A DNA stretch of 64,000 nt from Bdellovibrionales bacterium (GTDB lineage Bacteria > Bdellovibrionota > Bdellovibrionia > Bdellovibrionales > JAUICD01): NCBI GenBank assembly GCA_965262715.1, contig OZ253553.1:2400001-2464000 (forward strand). The letters are read 5' to 3'. A program made the position numbers and the translations under genes. The notes under the pieces were generated by a model. The model had not been told where the DNA came from. It ran no database searches and saw only the letters and a program-made list of their open reading frames with translations. Within the stretch, counting starts at the first letter, position 1. Every line of letters begins with the position of its first letter. Positions 1 to 10,446 of this stretch are shown piece after piece.

Positions 1-19
1 AACTTGGTACATTGTATTT

Positions 20-523
20 TTATATAGATTTTTTTATTTGTTGAAAAAGAGTTTGACGAATCCCCTCATAAACAACGGCTGTAACTGTGTTTGCTAAATT
101 ATGACTGCGAATAGGTCCAAGCATAGGCAGTCCTATCATCTGATGAGCGTATTTATCTAAAATATTTTGATCTAACCCCTTTGTTTCTTTGCCAAAGACA
201 AAATAATCCCCATATTGTAAATGAGTATCAAAAATAGAAACAGAAGATTTTGTCGACAGAAAAAAAACACGAGATATATCGGAGACATGATTTTCAAAAT
301 CCATAAAAGATGTATGACGAACTAATTTTAAATGCGACCAATAATCTAACCCTGCTCTACGAACTGTTTTATCATCAATGATAAATGAAGGCTGGCCTAC
401 AATATGTAAGCAAGATTTTGTACCAACACATGTTCTACCAATATTACCTGTATTGCCAGGGATCTCAGGTTCTACTAAAACCACATGAAACAATGGAAAA
501 TCTTGTTTGATATCAATATGCAT
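20..523 (-). CDS. trmL: tRNA (cytidine/uridine-34 2'-O)-methyltransferase, SPOUT family
   Basis: Motifs VLVEPEIPGNTGNIGR, RRAGLDYW, FGKETKGL, IRSHNLAN. Confidence 0.93.
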   Translation of the reverse strand: MHIDIKQDFPLFHVVLVEPEIPGNTGNIGRTCVGTKSCLHIVGQPSFIIDDKTVRRAGLDYWSHLKLVRHTSFMDFENHVSDISRVFFLSTKSSVSIFDTHLQYGDYFVFGKETKGLDQNILDKYAHQMIGLPMLGPIRSHNLANTVTAVVYEGIRQTLFQQIKKSI

Positions 524-536
524 AATAAAAATACCT

Positions 537-1484
537 TCAGAACTCTAACTGAAGACCTATATATAGTGCTATTTTACTTGTTAGGTCTCTAGATCTAGGA
601 ATTTGATCTTTATTAAGAAGTTTATTGAGAGCCTCTATATTCCTAAAAAAGTGTATAATACCTACTTTTATATAAGTATTTTCAACGCCGATAAGCTGCA
701 TAGATCTATCTGCACTTTTTTCTAACCAGTCCAATTGAAGTAATACTCCTACATTGTAATAAAGCGCAAATTGGTTTCCTTTTTGTTCAGCTATTGTTGA
801 AGTGGGAGCATTATCAGGAGTTGGAGGTGGGTTGGGATTTTGAGTTATTGTAGGATATTTTTCTTTAAAATACACATAAGCCAACCCTATGCCTGCATAA
901 GGAGCAAAGTAAGGTTCGTTCATTATGCTATCTATCGTCAAAGTCAGCTCTGTGGTAAGAGGAATCATAGATAATTCTAGACCGTTGTTGCCTTTGTTTT
1001 TATAATACCCACCTCCAAGTCCTAATGATAGAGACCCAAAAGATGGAAAGTTGTATTTTAAAGCGGCTAAAAATGAAATATATCCTATATTTCCATCTGT
1101 AAAAGTTTTGGTGCCATATAAGTTAGAAAAACTAAAATTTTGTGATGGTTGTGGTTGTGGAACATTTAATTCAGCACTAAAAGAATTGTAATTATTAGGA
1201 TTCCAAAGTGAATAGCCGGGAGATATAGTCACACCCCATGCTTTTCTCCTCTGTTTATATGAAGGCATCCAATCAGAAGAGTCACTCTTTCCCTTTATCA
1301 TATCATCATAAGACAACTCATCTATTTTTATTTGGTTTTGCGCTATATATATATTTGAGTCATCATTATTTGTTAATGATAAAGGGGTTTTCAAAGACTT
1401 CTGAATGGCTATTGCCTTTTGCGTCCAAAAAGAATATAAACAGATCACAAAAATAATTTTTAGTAATTGATTAAAGATAGCCAC
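537..1484 (-). CDS. Putative outer-membrane beta-barrel protein
   Basis: Signal peptide, alternating aromatic beta strands (PYAGIGLAYVY), C-terminal Phe (LQLEF). Confidence 0.65.
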   Translation of the reverse strand: MAIFNQLLKIIFVICLYSFWTQKAIAIQKSLKTPLSLTNNDDSNIYIAQNQIKIDELSYDDMIKGKSDSSDWMPSYKQRRKAWGVTISPGYSLWNPNNYNSFSAELNVPQPQPSQNFSFSNLYGTKTFTDGNIGYISFLAALKYNFPSFGSLSLGLGGGYYKNKGNNGLELSMIPLTTELTLTIDSIMNEPYFAPYAGIGLAYVYFKEKYPTITQNPNPPPTPDNAPTSTIAEQKGNQFALYYNVGVLLQLDWLEKSADRSMQLIGVENTYIKVGIIHFFRNIEALNKLLNKDQIPRSRDLTSKIALYIGLQLEF

Positions 1485-2538
1485 GTTTTCTTTGATCTCT
1501 TTCTATGGCATCAAAGAGAGCTTGAAAATTTCCTTCTCCAAAACCATCATGATTTTTCCTTTGAATGATCTCAAAGAAAATAGGGCCTATTACATTCTTT
1601 GTAAAAATTTGAAGTAAGTAACCTTCATTGTCACCATCAGCTAATATTTTTAAATCCTTTAGAATATGAATATCTTCAGTTAAATGAGGGATACGTTCTA
1701 ATAAAACATCATAGTATGTATCCGGCACATCTAAAAATTCTAGACCTGCATTTCTTAAACAGGTCACAGAATAGATAATATCTGAAGTTTCAAGAGCAAT
1801 ATGCTGTATGCCTTCACCTTTGTATTCCTCTAGGTATTCTTGAATTTGGCTTTTTTTATCAGAAGGCTCATTAATGGGTATTGTTACAGTGCCATTAGGA
1901 GATGTCATGACTTTAGAGATAAGCCCCGTTTCTTTTCCTTTGATATCAAAGTAACGTGTTTCTCTAAAGTTGAAAATAGACTCATAAAACCTTTGCCATT
2001 TGATCAAATCGCCTTGATATACATTATTTGTGAGGTGATCTATTTTCTTTAATCCAAAGTTTTTTGTAAGAGCTAGTTTATTTTCTTTAAACTGGTTTTC
2101 ATAGAGGTAAGATAAACTGTTTGCATCTACAAAGTAGATCAAAGAATCACCAATGCCATAGACGGTAGGAAAACCATAACTATTGTATTTTGTATCTTTG
2201 AATGGTTTTGCTCCTCTTTTAACAGCTTCATCAAAGGCTTTTTTTGCATCTATTGTTTTTAACCCCATACCACACACACTAGGGCCGTGCTTTGCTGAAA
2301 ATGCTCTAGAAAAACTCTTATCTACATAATTTATGATGAAGTCAATTTCTCCCTGGCGATAGAGTTCTATATGTTGCTCTTTGTGTGATGCAATTGGTTG
2401 AAAAGCAAAATTGTTGTAAAATAAGTTTTTTATTAAAGGGTTTTCTTTTGAATCACCTGTTAAAGGTAAGGTGAACTCTAAAAAGGCCACATTTAAGATA
2501 CCAATAGGGTTGTCGCTGTTTTTTTCCATTGCTTGCAT
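1471..2538 (-). CDS. hppD: 4-hydroxyphenylpyruvate dioxygenase
   Basis: IDHLTNNV, GEGIQHIAL, LLQIFT, FFEIIQRK, GFGEGNFQALF motifs. Confidence 0.96.
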   Translation of the reverse strand: MQAMEKNSDNPIGILNVAFLEFTLPLTGDSKENPLIKNLFYNNFAFQPIASHKEQHIELYRQGEIDFIINYVDKSFSRAFSAKHGPSVCGMGLKTIDAKKAFDEAVKRGAKPFKDTKYNSYGFPTVYGIGDSLIYFVDANSLSYLYENQFKENKLALTKNFGLKKIDHLTNNVYQGDLIKWQRFYESIFNFRETRYFDIKGKETGLISKVMTSPNGTVTIPINEPSDKKSQIQEYLEEYKGEGIQHIALETSDIIYSVTCLRNAGLEFLDVPDTYYDVLLERIPHLTEDIHILKDLKILADGDNEGYLLQIFTKNVIGPIFFEIIQRKNHDGFGEGNFQALFDAIERDQRKRGYL

Positions 2539-2616
2539 ACTGTCTCTCTCATTATGTTTTAGTCACAGATTCTAAGAATAGTCGCAAATATATCCGGTTG
2601 ACTTACAATTACCTTT

Positions 2617-2940
2617 TCATACTGAAAAAGAAGCTCCACAACCACAAGTTTTAGAAGCATTAGGATTATTAAAACTAAACCCTTGTCCATTTAGGCCTCC
2701 ATCAAAATCTAAAACTGTGCCAGCAAGATAAAGGTAGCTTTTTGGATCAGTCACTAACTTAACCCCTTTGTCTTCAAAAACATTGTCTTCTTCACTCCCT
2801 TGTGTATCAAATTTCATCTTATAAGACATTCCAGAACATCCTCCCCCTATTACAGAGACTCTTAAAAATGAGTCTGAGTCTTTTTCTTGACTCTTTAAAA
2901 GACAGATTTGTTTGGCTGCTAAATCAGAAATCTCTATCAT
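2617..2940 (-). CDS. iscA: A-type Fe-S cluster carrier (IscA/ErpA/HesB family)
   Basis: GGGCSG and TCGCGASF motifs; start moved to ATG at 2940 because AGGAGG lies just upstream. Confidence 0.9.
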   Translation of the reverse strand: MIEISDLAAKQICLLKSQEKDSDSFLRVSVIGGGCSGMSYKMKFDTQGSEEDNVFEDKGVKLVTDPKSYLYLAGTVLDFDGGLNGQGFSFNNPNASKTCGCGASFSV

Positions 2941-3149
2941 AGCACCTCCTTGGCTATACTCCATTATTGATTATACTCTTTCTGTTGAAAGAGATAAATA
3001 GAGTTTATTGTAAGATAGTCATATTTGTGACATGTATTTTTTGGCATTGATTTTTTATGACTTTTTTCCTTAACTTTCGTCCAATTTTAGCCGAATGATT
3101 TGTAAAGGACAATCAAATATTAAAAGGAATCCAATAAAAGGGGATGTAA

Positions 3150-3527
3150 ATGCAGAATCGAGTGGCTTTAAGAAAAAAAATAGAAGGCATCACTGTATCT
3201 AATGTCGCTATATTAAAGCCTTCTTATTGCTCTCTAACCAAAAAAGCGACCCTTGTCAATGCTTCATCTCATGATTTTTTGATCCTCATTCAAAGAAAAG
3301 ACCTTATACCTAAGTATCTCCGTAATAATTTAACCCTTCATAATATCACAGATCACTTGATTATTCTAACTATTGAGCAAATGGACCTAACTATAAGTGG
3401 TTATGTCGCAAGGACTGCTATGATTGGTCAGGGGAACTTTGAGGTGGCTATAGATTACAGTCAGGATGAATCTGATTATTTCAGAGAATGCCTATTTAGT
3501 ATGCTACCAAATAAAGATGAATTTTAA
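3150..3527 (+). CDS. Hypothetical protein, possibly PilZ-like
   Basis: 125-aa ORF with SD; N-terminal RxxxR and a later N/DxS-type motif, beta-rich. Confidence 0.45.
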   Translation: MQNRVALRKKIEGITVSNVAILKPSYCSLTKKATLVNASSHDFLILIQRKDLIPKYLRNNLTLHNITDHLIILTIEQMDLTISGYVARTAMIGQGNFEVAIDYSQDESDYFRECLFSMLPNKDEF

Positions 3528-3694
3528 ATAAAATTACCTAAGTCTTAATATGTACAGTACAAGTCACCTTAAATTTTGTAGATGTACGCAAAAATTCAGA
3601 ATAGATCCAGTGGGTCTTTGCCAGACACCAAAATTTAATAAGGAATAATTTGTAACTTCAATGATTTACATCAAAACAATAACAGCCCCTTGTG

Positions 3695-4702
3695 TTATCC
3701 ATGGCCTCCCATCATAAAGTCTGATTCTTCCTCTCTAGCTAAGCTTTTGACTTTCTCAAAGTACATTTGAGAATAATTCATGAGTTGCTCTATATTTTTA
3801 ATTTGAAATAGTTCTTTTCTAAATAGTTTTGACTGAGAATACCCTGAAGAAAACCAAGAGATAAATTTTTTCATCTGTAAAAGCACCTTATATTCATCTA
3901 AGTCTTTTGTGAGATAATAATGTAAATTTTGTATTACATAAATAGGATCTTGAACGCCCAAGTCTTTCTTTTTGTTTTGATAAAGATGCAATGCTTCTTT
4001 TAATATCCATGGACGTTTTATACATCCTCGACCTATCATTACCCCATCACATTGGGATTGTATGATGGTATCAACAGCTTGCTTTGCAGTTATAATATCT
4101 CCATTTCCTATGATAGGTATCTGACTTTCTATTTTTGTCTGTTTTATATAACTCCAATCAGCTTTCCCACTATATCCTTGAGATCTTGTTCTTCCGTGGA
4201 TAGCCACCCAAGTCACTCCCTCGTTATAAGCAATATGACAAACTTTAGATGCATTTTTAGAATCTTCATCCCATCCTATGCGAATTTTAATAGTTAGAGG
4301 TATTTCTATAGAAGACCTTACGGCTTTTAAAATAGACCTGAGTTGATTGAGGTCTTTTAAGACAGCTGAGCCAGCTCCTTTTTTTACAATTTTTTTTACA
4401 GGACAGCCAAAGTTAATATCCACAAAGTCATACCCCATCTCTTCAACAATAGCTGCTGCTCTACCCATGGATTGAGGTTCTTCTCCAAAAATCTGTACTC
4501 CAATAGGAGATTGTGTTTTAGAAAATTTAAGTAGTTGGAGTGTTGTTTCATTTTTATGCTCAATTCCATGAGCAGAGACTAACTCCGTCAAAACAATATG
4601 AGCACCTAAGGATTTCATTAAGGACCTAAATGCATTATCAGTCACACCAGCCATAGGAGCTAAGACAAATGGGTTTTTTTCAAGCTGTTTTATTAAGTCC
4701 AT
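3695..4702 (-). CDS. dusB: tRNA-dihydrouridine synthase B
   Basis: LAPMAGVTD, DINFGCP, IHGRTR, GNGDI, MIGRG motifs. Confidence 0.92.
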   Translation of the reverse strand: MDLIKQLEKNPFVLAPMAGVTDNAFRSLMKSLGAHIVLTELVSAHGIEHKNETTLQLLKFSKTQSPIGVQIFGEEPQSMGRAAAIVEEMGYDFVDINFGCPVKKIVKKGAGSAVLKDLNQLRSILKAVRSSIEIPLTIKIRIGWDEDSKNASKVCHIAYNEGVTWVAIHGRTRSQGYSGKADWSYIKQTKIESQIPIIGNGDIITAKQAVDTIIQSQCDGVMIGRGCIKRPWILKEALHLYQNKKKDLGVQDPIYVIQNLHYYLTKDLDEYKVLLQMKKFISWFSSGYSQSKLFRKELFQIKNIEQLMNYSQMYFEKVKSLAREEESDFMMGGHG

Positions 4703-4714
4703 GTTATATTATAT

Positions 4715-5680
4715 TTAAAGTCCACGGACATTAGGGACTTGATCAGGATTTCCTGTGATTCTAAAAGAGTAAGTATTGCCTTTTTTATGTTGACTTAAAT
4801 TCAAGATATTTAAGAGGGATCTAAAGTGATTTTCTAAGTTTGATTTAAGCATTAGGCGACATGCAAGATTATAATTTCCAGGAAGAAACTCGGTTTTATT
4901 CATCCTTTTACGAATTTGCACATCAACAAACCCATTAATTTGACCTACAATATCGTCTCCCTCTTGCCCTAGTTCTAAACTTTCTATTTGAAGTTGGCCT
5001 TCTTTTAAATTCGCCTGCATAGCAATACCTTTAAGAGAAATGGCAGGTATGGAGAAAGGGCCGATAGGAGTGGGTACAGATAACGCTTGCAACTTAAAAC
5101 TTTGAGTTTGGGTTTGCAGTTTGAAATCAGGTTGTACTTCAAAACTTGAATCCAACTGGCCCTCTGCTTGAAAGTTGAGAAGCCCGTCCACATTAAGTTC
5201 AGGAGATACCATTTGTAAAAATTCTTGGATGGAAATGCTTTGTGTTCTAATATAAGTGTCTAATGTAATTTCTCCTTGATCAGTTTGTTCCAGAACCTTC
5301 ACAAAAAACTGTAGGTTGCCACCCATAATTCCATTTAATTGGGCTGTCATGCCTATATTACCAAAAACAGAAGAGATAGCAGGTGTAATGATCATCTCAT
5401 CCACTTTTAATCCTGACACAAAAGGAGTGGTGACCACAAGTTGAGACATTTGAAACCCAGGAGAAGGTAGTAATTTTAATGCAAGATCTTCAAATTGGAG
5501 TACAACTTGATTCCTAGTGCTTCTAGCAATAAAGTTAGACACAAAAAGGGAAATATCTGAAAAAGGGAAAAGTAGCACAAAAAAAACAATTGCACTGATT
5601 ACCATAACCAAGATTTTTAACTTATGATATCTCAATAAACTTAAGATAGGGGCTGTTAGCCACTGAAAACCAATGCTCAT
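4715..5680 (-). CDS. gspN: Type II secretion GspN-like protein
   Basis: N-terminal TM helix ending FP, beta-rich periplasmic domain; downstream of GspL/M-like genes. Confidence 0.6.
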   Translation of the reverse strand: MSIGFQWLTAPILSLLRYHKLKILVMVISAIVFFVLLFPFSDISLFVSNFIARSTRNQVVLQFEDLALKLLPSPGFQMSQLVVTTPFVSGLKVDEMIITPAISSVFGNIGMTAQLNGIMGGNLQFFVKVLEQTDQGEITLDTYIRTQSISIQEFLQMVSPELNVDGLLNFQAEGQLDSSFEVQPDFKLQTQTQSFKLQALSVPTPIGPFSIPAISLKGIAMQANLKEGQLQIESLELGQEGDDIVGQINGFVDVQIRKRMNKTEFLPGNYNLACRLMLKSNLENHFRSLLNILNLSQHKKGNTYSFRITGNPDQVPNVRGL

Positions 5681-5712
5681 ATTTTACTTACTCCCCAAGA
5701 CTTAGTTTTTGT

Positions 5713-6369
5713 CTATTTAACTTCTGTAGCAGGTGGGTAAAACCCTATAATTGTATACATTACGTCATAGTAATTGTCGTGCTCGACACTTGGTTTCATA
5801 TCTAAACCAACTAACTTGGTAGAACTATGTATTGTTTGCAATCTAAAGCCAATGTCTGTGATTTGTTTAAGGTTTAGAGACTTTAAAGATATTGAAATAC
5901 CTTTTTGCTGGATAGCACCTCGTCCTTTTCTAGCTGAGATTTTTTTTGGAAATTGAACAAGGGTTAATGAGTTTTTTATTGATATGTCATCGATCTGCTC
6001 AGGACTAAGGTAGAAAGATTGAAGAATTGCATCAACTCCTCGTTCTAGTATGGATGGATCTGGAGGAGGTATGATGGAAGCAGTAAGAGCCATATCTCTT
6101 CTTAATTGTGAAAGTTGCTTTATAGAATCTTGATATTCTTCAAATTCTGCTAATTTTTCAGAAGATTGAGAAAAAAGTCCCCATAGAAACCAAAGCAAGA
6201 AACCAGTACCAATAAAGACAGTTCCAATCTTTAAAGTTTTTTGAGCAGAGTGTGTAAGGTTGTCATATCTTTCTTTCAAAGAAATAAAAGCAGAAGATTC
6301 TTGTATTTTGATCCAAGTATCCTTTAATCTCTCTTGAAGTTGTTCTTTAATATCTTCTAATCCTGTCAT
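5713..6369 (-). CDS. GspM/PilO-like inner-membrane platform protein
   Basis: Single TM, coiled coil and ferredoxin-like C-terminus; operon context. Confidence 0.55.
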   Translation of the reverse strand: MTGLEDIKEQLQERLKDTWIKIQESSAFISLKERYDNLTHSAQKTLKIGTVFIGTGFLLWFLWGLFSQSSEKLAEFEEYQDSIKQLSQLRRDMALTASIIPPPDPSILERGVDAILQSFYLSPEQIDDISIKNSLTLVQFPKKISARKGRGAIQQKGISISLKSLNLKQITDIGFRLQTIHSSTKLVGLDMKPSVEHDNYYDVMYTIIGFYPPATEVK

Positions 6370-6421
6370 TGATTTTTTCCTATGATATTTTCATTAAAGT
6401 TTCTTATAAATTAGAATATCT

Positions 6422-8110
6422 CTATAGGTTTTTTTTGTTGTTTTTAATAGTGAATGTATAAGCAAAAGGCCACCTCTTAGATGTTTTAGTTTTCTCTTGA
6501 GATGACGGTTCAAATGATGGTGTGATAGGTTGAACTTTGCCATTTTGCGCCATTTTTTTTAAACTATTTTGAATGAGCAACCTCTGATTTTGACGGCTCA
6601 TTTCTCCTTCAATCTGCACCTTGTTACTTTGAATGGAAAGCCTTTGTACCTCTACAATGCCCTGTTTTTTCTCTATGAACTGACGGCTGATCAATGTCAT
6701 TGTATCTAATGCTGTAGATATAGTAACAATAGCAGATAAGTCTTGCTTGTTTTTTATTTCCCTACGTTTTTTCTGTATAAACCTTTGAATACTCGCGGGT
6801 GAAGCCTTCCTTAAGTTAATGCCTGGTGATTTAGCTTGAGTGGCAAGAGCATCATATCCCACATCAGATAGGTTGCTGGTTAAATTACCTCTTATAACAG
6901 TGTATATAAAGAAAATAGCAATACTTGCAGCTAGGATTTTAAAAGAGTAACGGTAAGCCCTCCAAAATTTGTTGAAGGATTTGTCCTGAAATGCAAAGTC
7001 ATTTTTTCTAAAGTTGACTGGAGGATTACGTGGCCGGCGTAGAGCCTCAATAGCAACTCCAATTGCTGTCGCAGAACTTTTTGCAGGTAATTTAACAGCT
7101 GATTGATGGTCATAACTGTGATTAAGAAGACTACAAGCGATATTGAACTGTTCAGATAAATATCCATCTATATTTGTCAACCCGCTTGTACCTCCTAAAA
7201 GGTAAATATGATTGAAAGTTATTTTTTGTTTGCTAGATAGAGATAGCAATATACGTTTAAGTGTGACAATAAGATATTGAAAACTCTCTCTAATTGTATC
7301 AGAAAAGATACGTTGGTCAGAAGAGACTTCAGTTTCTGCCTCTAAAGAGGATGTTAAGATAAAACCTTTTTCTATCAAGATTGTCATTGCTTCCGGTTCA
7401 GAGATTCCATATTTCTTCATCAAGTTTTTAATGATGTGAAGTCCTCCAAAATATAAGCTATGTGTCTGAATAAGGTTTTTATCGATATAAGTAGAAAACA
7501 GAGTTTTTTCATGCCCTATTTCTAAAACCCCACTAGCATCTCTCATATCAAATAAGCTTAATTCATCTTCACCTGTGGCATAAAGAGAAGATGTGAGCTC
7601 TGCTGGAGGTTCATTCCATGTAGAAATCAAATTAGCTGTAGCTGCCCCTTGTGCAGTCACCATTTTGGGATTAATACCAACATCTGTTACAAGAGATAGA
7701 ATCTCTCTAATGTGTTCTTTAGGACAAATAAAAGCCAAAACTTCTGTAATTTTCCCAATAGTTGCTATAAACTTTGCTTCATAAATAGCTTCATTATGAT
7801 CAAAAGGCACGTCATCCACTAGTTGAAATGGAAGACTCTTAATGATTTTATGTCTTTCTTTAAAAGGAAAGGACTTATAACGAACGGTTATAAGTTCTTG
7901 TCTGACTGCAAGTGAGAAAAAAACTTTTTGATCCCGATAATGATGAGCTATTTTTCTTAAAGCATCAATAATTAGAATTTTCTTATCTGCACTCAAATCA
8001 TGAGTCAGTGGTATTTCTATATAATCTATAACCTTATAACTATTGGCTGTTGCTATAACTTCAGCCACTTTGACAGAATAAGAACCAATATCAATACCAA
8101 TACTTTTCAT
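6422..8110 (-). CDS. PilM/GspL-like actin-fold protein with C-terminal TM and PilN-like region
   Basis: IGIDIGSYSVKV, LEIG, LLGGTS motifs, VNF motif, then TM and periplasmic domain. Confidence 0.75.
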   Translation of the reverse strand: MKSIGIDIGSYSVKVAEVIATANSYKVIDYIEIPLTHDLSADKKILIIDALRKIAHHYRDQKVFFSLAVRQELITVRYKSFPFKERHKIIKSLPFQLVDDVPFDHNEAIYEAKFIATIGKITEVLAFICPKEHIREILSLVTDVGINPKMVTAQGAATANLISTWNEPPAELTSSLYATGEDELSLFDMRDASGVLEIGHEKTLFSTYIDKNLIQTHSLYFGGLHIIKNLMKKYGISEPEAMTILIEKGFILTSSLEAETEVSSDQRIFSDTIRESFQYLIVTLKRILLSLSSKQKITFNHIYLLGGTSGLTNIDGYLSEQFNIACSLLNHSYDHQSAVKLPAKSSATAIGVAIEALRRPRNPPVNFRKNDFAFQDKSFNKFWRAYRYSFKILAASIAIFFIYTVIRGNLTSNLSDVGYDALATQAKSPGINLRKASPASIQRFIQKKRREIKNKQDLSAIVTISTALDTMTLISRQFIEKKQGIVEVQRLSIQSNKVQIEGEMSRQNQRLLIQNSLKKMAQNGKVQPITPSFEPSSQEKTKTSKRWPFAYTFTIKNNKKNL

Positions 8111-8268
8111 GGTTTTAAACCTCTTTGCCTATATATCACTTTAACAGAGGTTTTAAGGATTCATCAATAAACTTATTGAGAATGTTCTTCATTTCCCCTC
8201 AAAACAAACTTTAAGGTTGTTTTCATCCGAGTAAAGGCTCATTGGAGGGAAATTTTTAGAGGGATATC

Positions 8269-8799
8269 TTAATCTTTAGAAGTTTTTTTTCTTTCATAAA
8301 CTAAAAAGGTAAGAGGAGGATTGATATCTGAACTGTTGTAAGATGGACTTGCCGAAGTCAACTCGAATGCCTCTTTATCAAAAATAGGGAAAAAAGTATC
8401 TCCCTCGTAAGTTTCTTGAATGAGTGTAAGATAAATACGTTGAACAATGCCTAATGTTTGTTGATAAATCTGACTCCCTCCACAAATAAAGACCTCTTCT
8501 GGCCATGTTTTTCTTTCTATTTGTTCTTCACAGAATGAAATAGCTTCATCGATAGAACTAACAACTTTTACCTCTGGATATGAAAAGCTTAAGTCTCTTT
8601 GTTTTGTCACGATGACATTTAGTCGTTGTTTCAAAGGTTTATTACCTATGGCATAAAAAGTTTTTCTACCCATAATGACACAATGCCCTTTAGTCTTATC
8701 ATGAAAATAGTGTAGGTCTTCTGGTATATTCCATGGAAGATGATTGTCTTTTCCAATAGCTCTGTTTTTAGACATTGCAGCAATTTGTGAAAGAATCAT
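8269..8799 (-). CDS. folA: Dihydrofolate reductase
   Basis: [27 protein letters not shown]; overlaps thyA stop. Confidence 0.96.
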   Translation of the reverse strand: MILSQIAAMSKNRAIGKDNHLPWNIPEDLHYFHDKTKGHCVIMGRKTFYAIGNKPLKQRLNVIVTKQRDLSFSYPEVKVVSSIDEAISFCEEQIERKTWPEEVFICGGSQIYQQTLGIVQRIYLTLIQETYEGDTFFPIFDKEAFELTSASPSYNSSDINPPLTFLVYERKKTSKD

Positions 8800-9590
8800 A
8801 CAGATACCTCTGCTTTTATTTTAGAGTGGGGGTCATAGTTAATCAACTGAAAATCCTCATACTTGAAATCTTCAATACGGCGAATCTTACGGTTAAGAAT
8901 AAGAGTTGGCAATTTACGTGGTTGCCGAGTAAGTTGTTTTTTTACTTGTGGAATGTGATTAGAGTAAATGTGTGCATCTCCTATAGTGTGCACAAATTGA
9001 TATGGCACCAAATCACAAATCTGTGCTATCATCATAGTCAATAAACTATAACTTGCAATATTAAAAGGCACACCTAAAAACAAATCTGCGCTCCTTTGAT
9101 AGAGTTGACAAGATAACTGCCCAGAACTTCCTACATAAAACTGAAAGAGTATATGGCAGGGAGGAAGTTTCATTTTATCTATATCAGCTACATTCCAAGC
9201 ATTGACAATTAAGCGTCTTGAAGTTGGATCTTTTTTAATTTGTTCAATCACATTTGCAATCTGGTCTATACATTTATCTCCATCTTTCCAAGATCGCCAT
9301 TGAGACCCATAAATAGGTCCTAAATCACCATTTTTATCAGCCCATTCATCCCAAATAGTCACTGAGTGATCCTGTAGGTATTTGATATTTGTATCTCCTT
9401 TTAGCAACCAGAGCAGCTCATAAATAATAGAACGTAAATGCACTTTTTTAGTGGTGAGTAGAGGAAACCCCTTGGCAAGGTCATATCTTGCGTGCACTCC
9501 AAATTTACTGATTGTACCTGTACCTGTACGTTCTTTACGCGGTTGACCTGTTTCTAAGACATCTCTTAAAACACTCAAATATGGCTGCAT
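8796..9590 (-). CDS. thyA: Thymidylate synthase
   Basis: [31 protein letters not shown] motifs. Confidence 0.98.
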   Translation of the reverse strand: MQPYLSVLRDVLETGQPRKERTGTGTISKFGVHARYDLAKGFPLLTTKKVHLRSIIYELLWLLKGDTNIKYLQDHSVTIWDEWADKNGDLGPIYGSQWRSWKDGDKCIDQIANVIEQIKKDPTSRRLIVNAWNVADIDKMKLPPCHILFQFYVGSSGQLSCQLYQRSADLFLGVPFNIASYSLLTMMIAQICDLVPYQFVHTIGDAHIYSNHIPQVKKQLTRQPRKLPTLILNRKIRRIEDFKYEDFQLINYDPHSKIKAEVSV

Positions 9591-9763
9591 AAAAGACCTC
9601 CAAATGTTGTTTTAAAGTATGTAAATATCAGTGAAAAAACAATATATGACCAATTAGGCCATTTTTAGAGTAATTTACTTGAAATGTTATTAAAAAAGTA
9701 GATACTTGACTTATTAAAACTATAAATTCATACTAATTATTTATCTAAAGGGATTATATTGTT

Positions 9764-10117
9764 ATGGAAATGGCAAGTCATTTAAATAATACTTATGCGA
9801 TTATTCAATCTGGAGGTCGTCAGCATCGAGTTGTGACTGGACAGCATTTAAAAGTAGCAAAAATGGACAAAGATCCTGGTAACCAGTTCCAAATCACAGA
9901 GGTTTTAGCTATTGGTGGAAATAATCCTTTAATTGGAGACCCTTTTGTCAAAGATGCTAAGGTTGAAGTCGAGGTGAAAAGGCATGCTAAAGATAGTAAG
10001 ATCCTTGTGTTTAAAAAACAACGTAGAAAACGTCACAGAAGGATGAGAGGGCATAGGCAAGATTTTACAGAACTAAAAATAAATAACATTATTGCTCCTT
10101 TTTTAAATAATGCATAG
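9764..10117 (+). CDS. rplU: 50S ribosomal protein L21
   Basis: YAIIQSGGRQ, GHRQDFT motifs; paired with rpmA. Confidence 0.95.
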   Translation: MEMASHLNNTYAIIQSGGRQHRVVTGQHLKVAKMDKDPGNQFQITEVLAIGGNNPLIGDPFVKDAKVEVEVKRHAKDSKILVFKKQRRKRHRRMRGHRQDFTELKINNIIAPFLNNA

Positions 10118-10142
10118 CTGAATCAAATAAATAGGGGAATTT

Positions 10143-10397
10143 ATGGCATCAAAAAAAGCTGGTGGAAGCACGAAAAATGGAAGAGATAGCCACAGCCAGA
10201 GACTAGGACTAAAGGTCTTTGGTGGCCAGAAGGTTAAACCAGGTATGATTATTGTACGCCAAAGAGGTACACAGTTTCATCCTGGAAAAAACGTAGGCCT
10301 TGGTAGGGATCATACGATTTTTGCGAAATCATCTGGTGTTGTCTTGTTTGAAAATATTGATAAGAAACGACTTAAGATTTCTGTAGCAGCCTCTTAA
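10143..10397 (+). CDS. rpmA: 50S ribosomal protein L27
   Basis: [21 protein letters not shown] motifs. Confidence 0.98.
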   Translation: MASKKAGGSTKNGRDSHSQRLGLKVFGGQKVKPGMIIVRQRGTQFHPGKNVGLGRDHTIFAKSSGVVLFENIDKKRLKISVAAS

Positions 10398-10446
10398 GAA
10401 TAGCAATTTTAAGATAGTTAAGAGTAGAAGTAGAGATGAACTTCTT